Assembly: GCA_044870765.1 (NCBI GenBank)
Contig: JBIOZG010000011.1
Location: forward strand, 1 to 56,318
DNA from: Nitrososphaeraceae archaeon
Lineage (GTDB): Archaea; Thermoproteota; Nitrososphaeria; Nitrososphaerales; Nitrososphaeraceae
DNA length: 56,318 nucleotides
Reading direction: 5' to 3'
Part shown: positions 20,487 through 29,255 of the stretch, piece after piece
Position numbering within the stretch: the first letter of the stretch is position 1
Layout: each line of letters opens with the position of its first letter
Notes under the pieces: model-generated
What the model was told of the DNA's origin: nothing
Seen by the model: only the letters and a program-made list of their open reading frames with translations
Database searches by the model: none
Position numbers and translations under genes: made by a program

Positions 20487-21398
20487 ATGAAAAGAATTTT
20501 ACATTTTTCGATACCGCTAATGTTATTGCTAGTTGGATCTATATTGAATGCAAACAATGTATTAGGCCATACTTTTTCTGGAGATGAAAGTGCATCTTTC
20601 CTGGCCGGTGTTGAAATGACAAAAATAGAATTAAAAATGGCAGCAGACCAAGCTGTCTCTAATGCTACTAATGCCAAAGAACATGCTGACCATTTAACTG
20701 AGCACATTACAGCAAACGATACAAAAGAAATTAAGGAAAGAAATTCGCGAGTGGCTGACGAACTTAATAAAACTTTGACTGATTTTGTTAATGCGATCGA
20801 ATCCAGTTCTCCAGCACAATCTGATGTTAATACCAAGGCTAGTAATATCAATGATATACTGTCTGAAGTTGTGAGCGCCAGAATAGATAAAGAACAACTG
20901 GATAATGTTACCGTTAAGGCTCTAGTTGTAAATGATTTGGTAGGGGAAGGTCTAGAGCATTACGGTAGTGCACTCGGTATGGCGGAAGAGGGTCATGATG
21001 AGAACGAAAGTAATACCGCTTCCTCAGAGCATACAGAAAACCAGAATAATGAAACAGCGAGCATTGTCGATGTGGCTGACTATCAAAGTGCGCAAGCAGC
21101 TGTCTCTCGAGCAATAGAACTATACAATGAAATTAAACCCGCGGGTGACTCGAACTCCAGTCAGTTGGCAGACTCTTTGAATACACTAAAAAGCAAGATA
21201 GATAGCAAGAGTGCCTTTGATGAAATTGACAAAGTAGTGGATGATAAAATTTCGCCTTTACTTAGTGACATGTTCAAGTTAAAGTTGGCAGAGGAAGAAG
21301 AGCATTCTGAAGGTGATGATCATGGTCAAGAAGATGATCATGGGGAAGAAGGACATGGTTCGTCCCAAAATGAAACTCACGACGCAAATACTGATTAA
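20487..21398 (+). CDS. Secreted helical-bundle protein with His/acidic-rich loop and tail
   Basis: Signal peptide ending VLG-H; helical; tail EEEEHSEGDDHGQEDDHGEEGHG; paralogous to 22034..23122. Confidence 0.8.
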   Translation: MKRILHFSIPLMLLLVGSILNANNVLGHTFSGDESASFLAGVEMTKIELKMAADQAVSNATNAKEHADHLTEHITANDTKEIKERNSRVADELNKTLTDFVNAIESSSPAQSDVNTKASNINDILSEVVSARIDKEQLDNVTVKALVVNDLVGEGLEHYGSALGMAEEGHDENESNTASSEHTENQNNETASIVDVADYQSAQAAVSRAIELYNEIKPAGDSNSSQLADSLNTLKSKIDSKSAFDEIDKVVDDKISPLLSDMFKLKLAEEEEHSEGDDHGQEDDHGEEGHGSSQNETHDANTD

Positions 21399-21916
21399 TG
21401 AATGCATTCCCTCACTTCCACATTATTTTGTTGCTTGGTTTTGTTCTGATCCTAAAGGTTCCTTTGAGTACAAGTGGCTTAATTTTTGAAAATAATCCTT
21501 TTTATGGATTAAACAATGATGCAATTAGATCTATCGAATCCATAACAGATGACAATTTGATAAGGGTCAAATTGGAATATGCCCCTTCAGCAATTCAAAT
21601 TGGTTCTCCAGAATTTTTTAGAGCAACTTTATTTCATAATGAAAAAAATGAAATAGTTTTGCATGCAGACACAGATATAGCAATATCTAAAAATGGTAAG
21701 GAACTTTATAAAGCATCAAGTGAATTTTCTCAGCCCTTCGTTCACACTCCAAATGGAATAGTACTTTCATCTTACAAATTTCCAGATTCAGGACAATATA
21801 TTATTACAGCGAAAATATTAGGAATAAACTTCATGCCGGTTAATCCAAAACAAGTTGATTTTGTAGTTAATGTTACTGAATCAAATGACAAATACAACAT
21901 AGAGATAGGCAAATGA
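21398..21916 (+). CDS. Secreted beta-sandwich hypothetical protein
   Basis: TAATG overlap with upstream gene; signal peptide; H.D.DI.I, HTPNG, F..SG.Y.I Ig-like pattern. Confidence 0.7.
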   Translation: MNAFPHFHIILLLGFVLILKVPLSTSGLIFENNPFYGLNNDAIRSIESITDDNLIRVKLEYAPSAIQIGSPEFFRATLFHNEKNEIVLHADTDIAISKNGKELYKASSEFSQPFVHTPNGIVLSSYKFPDSGQYIITAKILGINFMPVNPKQVDFVVNVTESNDKYNIEIGK

Positions 21917-22033
21917 ATATGTCACGGTCAAAGACTCATGACACTGATGCAACCGTTTTTTATGGCGCTGGAGCCCTTTTCTAAAATCTATTAGTTTTAA
22001 ATTACTTGCTCATCATTATGGGAGTATAGTTAA

Positions 22034-23122
22034 ATGAAGCGAAATTTAGGTGGAACTCAAAAAAAGCTGATTCCTTTTTTAGCTATTTGCTTTGGCCTGT
22101 TTTTTTCGAATATCGTGTATAATTCTGATGATGCAAAAGTATTGGGACATCTTTTCACCAGAGACCAAACAGGAACATTCGTTTCCATTATAGACCAAGT
22201 GCAAACAGAATTAGAGCTAGTCGCAGCAAACTTGGTAAACAATAACGTCTCACTTGCTGAAAATCATGCATCAAAGGCTTCTTCACTCTTACCAAGAGTA
22301 ATTGGAGAAATAGGAGAAGACAACCCTCAACTGGTAGGCGAGCTGATGAGATCTGTGTTTGGCATGGAAAACATATCATCAACTACATACAGTAAATCGC
22401 AAAATATCAGTACACTTGTCAATAATCTAAATGAAAAACTAGATAATGCAAAAATTATTAGGATGGCACAGGTGCAACCAACTTCTAACTTTTTGGACAA
22501 AGTTACAAACCTTCTAGGAGGTTTATTTGGCGGGGACACCGGAGAACCGTCAAGCGAACATGTTCAGAATTCAAGGATAGAAGCATTAGCTTTTGCAGAG
22601 CTTATGGACGCAGTGTTGGTAAATTATGGTAAAGCGTACAATGTAGGATTTGATATGACAAATATGTCAAATATGATAATGGCGCCCAGCAACAGCAACA
22701 CTGGTTCTATAGCCATAAGCAATACTGTGAAAAGTAATAATTCTGATACAGGTAACACGAATATCAACATGAACATACATATGAACACGAATATGAACAC
22801 GAATATGGATTCGATGAATAATTCGACCAGTCCTATGCCGGAACACATGGACGAAATGGATAACGGTTACCAATTGAGTCACACTGCGGACTATCAGACT
22901 GCCCAATTACTGGCAAAAAGGGGACAAGATTTCTTTAATTCTGATCTCAGACACATGGCAAATAATAACAAAGTAATTTTTGTCAATAACTTGGAAAAAG
23001 GTCTGAAGCACCTAAACGATTCAATTGAAAACAAAGGGCCTCCTACAGAAATTATGATGATAGTGCATACTGAAATTCATCCAAACCTGTTGGAAGGCTT
23101 TAATTTGGAGTTGCGTAAATAA
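22034..23122 (+). CDS. Secreted helical-bundle protein with Met/Asn-rich insertion
   Basis: VLG-HLF after the signal peptide; ADYQTAQ motif shared with 20487..21398; MNIHMNTNMNTNMDSM...MPEHMDEM loop. Confidence 0.8.
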   Translation: MKRNLGGTQKKLIPFLAICFGLFFSNIVYNSDDAKVLGHLFTRDQTGTFVSIIDQVQTELELVAANLVNNNVSLAENHASKASSLLPRVIGEIGEDNPQLVGELMRSVFGMENISSTTYSKSQNISTLVNNLNEKLDNAKIIRMAQVQPTSNFLDKVTNLLGGLFGGDTGEPSSEHVQNSRIEALAFAELMDAVLVNYGKAYNVGFDMTNMSNMIMAPSNSNTGSIAISNTVKSNNSDTGNTNINMNIHMNTNMNTNMDSMNNSTSPMPEHMDEMDNGYQLSHTADYQTAQLLAKRGQDFFNSDLRHMANNNKVIFVNNLEKGLKHLNDSIENKGPPTEIMMIVHTEIHPNLLEGFNLELRK

Positions 23123-23123
23123 A

Positions 23124-23429
23124 ATGAATAATATGTTTTCTGATGAGAATCTTGGTAAGGCCATCGATTTTGTAAACCCTAAGGTCAACAGCTGGGCAAA
23201 GGACTTGTTTGGAAGCTTTGAGCAATTGAATTTGACTAGACCTCAGAAGGAGCTAATTCAGATTTTGACAGCTGAAACTCTCCTGTACAATACCGTTATG
23301 TCAAATGAAGAAATCATCGCAATCTTGTCTGACATAATACGAAATATAGCAACCCGCCACGCATATGGAATGTTCCTTGACTGGGGTAAGAGAGCCTCAT
23401 TATTCAAGGCACCTGATAAAGAAAAATGA
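23124..23429 (+). CDS. Hypothetical protein
   Basis: ATG one base after the upstream stop; 101 aa helical ORF. Confidence 0.65.
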   Translation: MNNMFSDENLGKAIDFVNPKVNSWAKDLFGSFEQLNLTRPQKELIQILTAETLLYNTVMSNEEIIAILSDIIRNIATRHAYGMFLDWGKRASLFKAPDKEK

Positions 23430-23461
23430 ACAAATTATTTCCTTTGAAAACAGTGTTGTTG

Positions 23462-23557
23462 TTATGTAACCGCGTTTTGGGCATACAAGTTGTTTGCTGA
23501 TGTAGTAAAAACAAGCATCAAAATTGTTGCTCCAATTATGATTAATTCTTTATTCAT
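23462..23557 (-). pseudogene. Signal-peptide-only ORF (31 aa), probable truncated secreted-protein gene
   Basis: MNKELIIIGATILMLVFTTSANNLYAQNAVT*; a typical LYA-Q signal peptide with a stop five residues after cleavage. Confidence 0.4.
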
Positions 23558-23638
23558 GAGCTTTAGATGCTCAATTTTTACTTAAGGATTATAGATTCAT
23601 CATACATTTTCGGTTAGTCTTAAAAAATTTCAAATACA

Positions 23639-24085
23639 ATGGATTCAAAGATATCATCTATGGCTCTAGGACAAAAACTCTTTGAAGAAGTTGGTAAAAT
23701 AACGAGTTTCAAAGTGACAAAAGTGCATCCACTTGAAGGAGTGACAACAGAAGTCAGCTTTATGTCAGACATCAAAGGTATAGAAAGATTTCCAAGTGGC
23801 AAAAATCTTGCTTCTGGTACGATGACTAGATATCCACACGGAATAATCGATGCGGTTTGGCACGGTAATTTAACGACCCAAAATGCGCAGGAGTTTATGT
23901 GGTGGGCGCATGAGAAAAGCAAAGTTACTGAAGATGGTAAAATCAGAGGGCTAAATCTCGTGACAGGTTTTACGAACTCACAAAAATTAACTTGGATGAA
24001 CAATATAATCATCGTAGTGGAACTAGATGGTTCTGTGTACTCGGAAGAATTCACTGCAACTGCTTATGAATGGAATTCCACATGA
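23639..24085 (+). CDS. Hypothetical beta-barrel-like protein
   Basis: 148 aa ORF with protein-like composition ending AYEW; overlapping minus-strand ORF looks like its shadow. Confidence 0.7.
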   Translation: MDSKISSMALGQKLFEEVGKITSFKVTKVHPLEGVTTEVSFMSDIKGIERFPSGKNLASGTMTRYPHGIIDAVWHGNLTTQNAQEFMWWAHEKSKVTEDGKIRGLNLVTGFTNSQKLTWMNNIIIVVELDGSVYSEEFTATAYEWNST

Positions 24086-24427
24086 TAACTTTCAGCGAGT
24101 CCTTTATTATGCAATAAATACAATTGTAGTTTATTTATTGTTAGACCCAGTGGTTTGTGAATCATTTTTGACATAATTTTTGGATACGGAAGTGGTAATG
24201 GATATTAAAAAATGAATACGGAATAAATTTAATTTCACCACTAGAAACTGTCTTGGTTGGACAATTGCACTTCAGTTAACGGTTCTTTAAAGGAATATTT
24301 TGTACCTCTATTATAGCATTAATGTTTGAAATTCCTTCCATTTGAATTAGCAAAAGAGTTTATTCAAACTTTAAAAATAAAAATGTAATAGGCTTTTAAA
24401 GACCGTTAATGTATAGTTGCAGCAATA

Positions 24428-24543
24428 AAATTAACTGTAGACTTCTGTCACAAATTAACTGTAGACTTATACATTAAAAACATTGGCGTGTAGACTTCCG
24501 CCACAAATTAATAGTAGATACACAGTAGACACACAAAACATTG
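24428..24543. repeat. Non-coding cluster of short direct repeats (AAATTAACTGTAGACTT x2; GTAGA core x5)
   Basis: 17-mer at 24428 and 24452; degenerate copy at 24489-24518; AAAACATTG at 24477 and 24535. Confidence 0.75.
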
Positions 24544-24660
24544 ACATTAAGCAGTAGTGATACAATGCATTGTCAACTTCCAATCTTATATAGCAACTAA
24601 TCTTTCGACTATACTGAATTGTTATTTTTCAGAGTTTGTGTACTCATAATGGCTTTTTAC

Positions 24661-25256
24661 ATATGACGACTTTTGCAAATATGACGACTTTTGCAGCAAT
24701 GATGCCGCCTTTATCATTATTAATAGGAATAATGTGTCCATCTAAGGGAATCCCATGTTCAAAGTCTAATTCCTGAAGAGACCATTGTATAGATTATTGC
24801 TTTTATTCTCCTGTCAGGATATTCACAAATTTTTTGAATTTCTTCTAAGGTTGGAGCTCGGTCGTTGGCTGCCATACTTGCACGGGGCAATCCTCTTGTT
24901 ATCCTTTTCCAAGGTATCACAATATCAGACATTTCACAAAATAATTTCAGTGGCTTCACAAAATTTTTTAGCGTTGATGCTGTAATCTCTCCAGTCTCCA
25001 CGCGATTCTTCTGGAATTGCAAGAACTCTACTATTTGATTAACGACCTAGCTTGAAGGTGGTTCGTTTCTTGATTTATTAACAAAGTTATTGCAGCGTTC
25101 ACCAAGGTCTAACTTGATATCAAAATTTATGAAATCAAAAAATCTTTTGAGTCTTCTTTCGTAGTACTTTCTTGTCAGTTCATTCCTTATTGAGTATTTG
25201 AACATGTTATACGGATTTGAAAAGTCTAGCCCATCTTGATGTTGCGTTCTTAGCAT
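24661..25256 (-). pseudogene. Tyrosine recombinase/integrase pseudogene downstream of tRNA-Pro
   Basis: ORFs 25047..25331 and 24759..25022 are in one frame separated by TAG. A TGA follows GIRL, then a frameshift, then HIIPI..GGIIAAKVVI ending at an 18-bp tandem duplication (24661-24695). NDRAPTLEEIQKICEYPDRRIK...SSGIR aligns with the intact integrase at 50814. Confidence 0.85.
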
Positions 25257-25306
25257 GTTTCTATAAGTATATGAAAGGGGGACTAAATAAAGGGACAAGA
25301 TTGATT

Positions 25307-25418
25307 TGGGGCCAGTGGGATTTGAACCCACGACCGCCAGCGCCCCAGGCCAATACCTCAGCGAGATTAAGTAATTTCAACAGAGATGGTATCCTTGACC
25401 AAGCTAGACGATGGCCCC
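25307..25418 (-). tRNA. tRNA-Pro(GGG) with 36-nt non-canonical intron at 29/30 (25351-25386)
   Basis: Acceptor GGGGCCA/TGGCCCC, T-arm GTGGG-TTCAAAT-CCCAC. Removing the intron restores CCAGC-CTGGGGC-GCTGG. Strict BHB: AGG-ATAC-CA|T-CTC...GAG-GTAT-TG|G-CCT. Confidence 0.93.
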
Positions 25419-25596
25419 TACGACTTAGACAAATAGAGTTCTTTTTAAATGTAGTATTGCCATAAAAAGATGATTCCGATAATGACAATCTACGTTGTTT
25501 CATGACTGGTATGAGTATTGGAGTGTTTTTCGAAATTTACTACATGAACCATTTAAATTCAATTAAATAGAATATTTCTTTACCCCGCGAGAAAAA

Positions 25597-26340
25597 ATGG
25601 ATTACTCTAATTATCTCAAAACATTGTATGATTATGAAAAAAAACAAGTAGGAACAGAAGAAAAATCTATGTTGCTTAAGGTGATAAACAATGTCGATTT
25701 TTCTGCACAAATAGGATCTTACCTGAAATTGAGAGACAAGAACCAACTAGGAGATACATCAACTGTTTCCAGATTATTGGGACTCAAACTCCTCACTGAA
25801 AAGAAGGGATTGATATTAAGAGGAATGAGAAAATATCAACTGACTAGTACCGGACTTTTCTATGTGTTAACTGAAACCGTGAGTTATCCTCCCAGTCTTT
25901 TAAAGAAATACAGCGACGATCCAATTCTTAAGACTTTGTTGTTTCAGTATTTTGAAGTAGATACAATAGTATCCAGCACGGCGCGATTTTATTCTATAAT
26001 AACACAGTATCTAAAACAATGCTGTAGAACTACTCTGAACTGGCTTGAAGATACACAGAACTCTAATGAAGATCGTAAAAACAAAATGATGAACTTTCTC
26101 TTACTCGAATTGGCATTAAACGCAAAATTATTGGCGCTTAGAATAATTATTATGTATTCTGATTCAACCATACTCTCGCTTACACCAAAATCCAAAACAG
26201 GCGACCCGGATGTAGCATATTATGAACTAGAAAGTAACATGAAGGAGATTCTTGCCAAAGACAGTAAATTCATTGAACACTTACATAGAACGAATGCAGA
26301 CTTTAAGAGCGGTTATAAGGAATTTACTCATTCCGAATAA
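25597..26340 (+). CDS. Hypothetical protein, possible N-terminal winged-helix
   Basis: 247 aa ORF; VSRLLGLKLL...KYQLTSTG resembles a wHTH wing. Confidence 0.65.
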   Translation: MDYSNYLKTLYDYEKKQVGTEEKSMLLKVINNVDFSAQIGSYLKLRDKNQLGDTSTVSRLLGLKLLTEKKGLILRGMRKYQLTSTGLFYVLTETVSYPPSLLKKYSDDPILKTLLFQYFEVDTIVSSTARFYSIITQYLKQCCRTTLNWLEDTQNSNEDRKNKMMNFLLLELALNAKLLALRIIIMYSDSTILSLTPKSKTGDPDVAYYELESNMKEILAKDSKFIEHLHRTNADFKSGYKEFTHSE

Positions 26341-26376
26341 TATCTGCCTGGCGAGCTAATGATCTTTCTTGATCCA

Positions 26377-27942
26377 CTATTGTTTGAGATCATTCGGTCT
26401 TGTTTCTAAAGTAACATTCACTTCTTGCGGTTTACCATCTCTCAATATACCAATACTGATAATGTCACCGTCTTTCTTGTTATTCATAATGTAAGTCGAA
26501 AGCTCCCTTAAATTGTCGATGGGTTGCTTATCAGCACTAATAATAATATCGCCGCCAAGTTCTATTTGCGTTCCATTTATCTCTGATAGTATATAACCGC
26601 CTTTCAGTCCCGCCTTATCTGCAGGACCATCAGAAATAATGCCGATTACCAAAATTCCCGTGCTCTGGTTAACATTTAATTCGGAAGCAATTTCCTCACT
26701 CATGTCCATACCATCGATCCCCAACCATAAGGGCGATGCGTTAAGCTGCAATGGTCTTTCCGCCAAAACAACCTTAACTGTTTGAAGTTTACCATCTCTT
26801 ATAACAGTCAAGTTGACATCTTGACCGACCTTTTTCTGTTGTTCAAGATATAGTAGTATGTCATCAATCTTTGAAACACTTTGATTATCAATTTTTATAA
26901 TCACATCTCCAAACAATTTTGTTTTTCTTCCGTTTATATCGATCAGTTTGTCTCCACCTTCGATTCCCGCCTTGGAAGCAGGTCCGCCAGGACTAGTATC
27001 TATTATAAGAAATCCTTTTGTTGTATTTAGTTTCATAGCTGAGGCAATTTGTTCATTAACGTCTATGCCTGAGATTCCAATCCAAGGATGCTTGTAGGTA
27101 TGTTGTGAAATTAATATTGGTACGACTCTTTGAAGAGTGCCAGACGGTATGGCAAATCCGACTCCGGAATATTCACCCGTTAGTGAAAAAATGGCACTGT
27201 TTATGCCTATTACCTGTCCTTTCAAATTAAGCAACGGGCCTCCGGAATTTCCTGGGTTTATAGCTGCATCAGTTTGAATTATTTCGGGTATCGAAAATGA
27301 GGCAGGGGGAACCAGCGTGTTACCCTCATCTGGCATTAGTTCCGGGCCTTGTGGACCTTCCGGATTCTGAGAAGGAATAACCCTTCCTAATCCGCTAATT
27401 ATTCCTTCAGTCATAGAGCCAGATAGGCCAAATGGGTTACCTATCGCAATCACGTGTTCCCCAATCTGAATGTCAGATGAATTACTGAGGACAAGGGGAA
27501 TCATTGATTGATTTTTCGGATCTTCAATTTGTAGGACGGCTAGATCAGAAAAGGGATCGCTACCTACTATTTTCGCCTTAAAGGACCTATCATCCAAAAA
27601 GGTCACAGTAACATTATTTGTTGTATTAGTATCGTTGTAAGATCCGCCACGAACCACATGATCATTTGTGATAATATGCCCTGATGTGTCAAACACAAAA
27701 CCTGAACCTAACGCAGAAGAGCGTGGATCCTCATTAGACACGGTGATTTGTACTACAGAATTCTTCACTCTATCGAATAATTTGGGTAATAACGTGTCAT
27801 CAATTGCTGTAGTTTGTGCATAGGAGCTTGTGGCAACAAAGACAAATATAAGCAAAAGAGCGATTGGAATTAGAACATATGATTTAGAAATCTTAATTTG
27901 AGATAAACCATTCGTAGTAAAAGTATCCATAAAACAATTCAC
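26377..27942 (-). CDS. HtrA/DegP-family serine protease with two PDZ domains
   Basis: Triad TNDHV, SDLAVL, GNSGGP; two GPA.KAG...GD.I PDZ repeats; N-terminal TM/signal. Confidence 0.95.
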   Translation of the reverse strand: MNCFMDTFTTNGLSQIKISKSYVLIPIALLLIFVFVATSSYAQTTAIDDTLLPKLFDRVKNSVVQITVSNEDPRSSALGSGFVFDTSGHIITNDHVVRGGSYNDTNTTNNVTVTFLDDRSFKAKIVGSDPFSDLAVLQIEDPKNQSMIPLVLSNSSDIQIGEHVIAIGNPFGLSGSMTEGIISGLGRVIPSQNPEGPQGPELMPDEGNTLVPPASFSIPEIIQTDAAINPGNSGGPLLNLKGQVIGINSAIFSLTGEYSGVGFAIPSGTLQRVVPILISQHTYKHPWIGISGIDVNEQIASAMKLNTTKGFLIIDTSPGGPASKAGIEGGDKLIDINGRKTKLFGDVIIKIDNQSVSKIDDILLYLEQQKKVGQDVNLTVIRDGKLQTVKVVLAERPLQLNASPLWLGIDGMDMSEEIASELNVNQSTGILVIGIISDGPADKAGLKGGYILSEINGTQIELGGDIIISADKQPIDNLRELSTYIMNNKKDGDIISIGILRDGKPQEVNVTLETRPNDLKQ

Positions 27943-28197
27943 AGCAACTTGTACTCTAAAAAGTTAATTTATATCTATTGTTTTGAGAATTCTGAGAATT
28001 TTCATGCAGTATTGGTGGAATATTGTTTGCTCGGGGTATTAGTTTAAATACATCGGCAGACTGAGAGGAATCTTCTTACTTATCTTTTATTTTGCTTATT
28101 TATCTTTTAAAAAATTAAGTGGAAATTTATGTTAAAAATGTTGGTTACCATATATAAGTAATAACATGATTATGAATCCAATAGGTACCGAAAATAG

Positions 28198-28389
28198 ATG
28201 GATAGAGAAGTGGAAAGAATAATGAAATATTTGGTGGAAGAAAGGACTGTCCTCAAGTTACTCCGAATATTGGAGAGGCAAGAAAATTATAATTATTATC
28301 CCTTAGACGATGAGAATACGGGACTATCTTATTATTCTAGAAAATATAAAACATGGGTCCTGCATAATAACTATTATCAGTTGAATTAG
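28198..28389 (+). CDS. Small hypothetical protein
   Basis: 63 aa ATG ORF preceded by a TATATAA box. Confidence 0.45.
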   Translation: MDREVERIMKYLVEERTVLKLLRILERQENYNYYPLDDENTGLSYYSRKYKTWVLHNNYYQLN

Positions 28390-29118
28390 TAATCAACTAA
28401 ATTAATTAGCATCGTTGGTATGTTAGAATCCACTTGTAAAATTTGATGGGAATTCACTTAATTAATGTTGCTTAAGTAAATATGTGATTACGAAACTTCG
28501 AATAGCCATTTCTAGACATAAATTATCCGCGAATTTTCAAAGTCCTGTTATTGATCGTTTTGATCAATAAGAAATAATATGCTACTATTCTCCGGAATTT
28601 GTATCGCAGTTATATATCAAATTGTAGTAACGCTATTGCGCGGGTACAAATAGCTCTATTGTATCAATATGCTTGAATTTCGTATCATTATATTCGATGT
28701 ACATTGCCGATGCAATTCCAAATCATTGTGTGGATTTAATGGATTACACGCAGATTTCTTTCGAGGCTAGGTCGTTAAAATATAAACTCATCGCTAGATT
28801 GAGCTTCATTAACTCGGAAAGTTTGATCGGTAAAGTGCTGTTGCAATTGCAGTCTCTAGAACTAAGTATGGAGAACGGGTATTACATTTACTAGTTTGGG
28901 ATACAACTCCTAAGAACCACAAGGTAATCGCACTTGAAAAGGCCAATGTACAGGATCATATTCATCTTCTACTCTTCTCTAACCATCAGTCTTTATTGAT
29001 TTTTCTTTTAAATACAATAAAGAGTTAGACATATTGAATAACCAAAATCAGTTCAGTTCAATTTACATGATTGTTACTTTCATAAAGTTTAAACGTAATG
29101 GGAATTAATATCTGATAT

Positions 29119-29188
29119 CGTCTATTTCAGGAGATAGATGTAACAAAAATTGATTGGTGCTAATCATGCGTGATCTTGCACCAATCAA
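29119..29188 (+). other. Two adjacent stem-loops upstream of pckA
   Basis: CGTCTATTT-CAGG-AGATAGATG (29119-29140, two G-U pairs) and TTGATTGGTGC...GCACCAATCAA (29150-29188, perfect 11-bp arms). Confidence 0.6.
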
Positions 29189-29255
29189 CTTAGTCCTAAT
29201 TTTGCACTTTCTACGATTATTTGCATTGTAACATGAAATAAATTAAATACCCATT

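Noticed and set aside
24428-24543. GTAGAC repeats as a mini-CRISPR
   Set aside because: Spacing of 11-29 bp leaves no room for 30-40 bp unique spacers; no cas gene in the window.
24661-25256. Stop-codon readthrough (Pyl/Sec) in the integrase ORFs
   Set aside because: TAG and TGA stops occur together with a frameshift and loss of the catalytic C-terminus, which indicates ordinary decay.
25257-25331. SSV-type split integrase reading through the tRNA (ORF 25047..25331 starts inside tRNA-Pro)
   Set aside because: What follows the tRNA is the integrase N-terminus with its own ATG at 25256, aligning to the start of the intact 50814 integrase. The GTG in the T-arm is probably incidental.
25217-25503. 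ORFs 25217..25465 (+) and 25261..25503 (-)
   Set aside because: They overlap the tRNA-Pro gene and are shadow ORFs.
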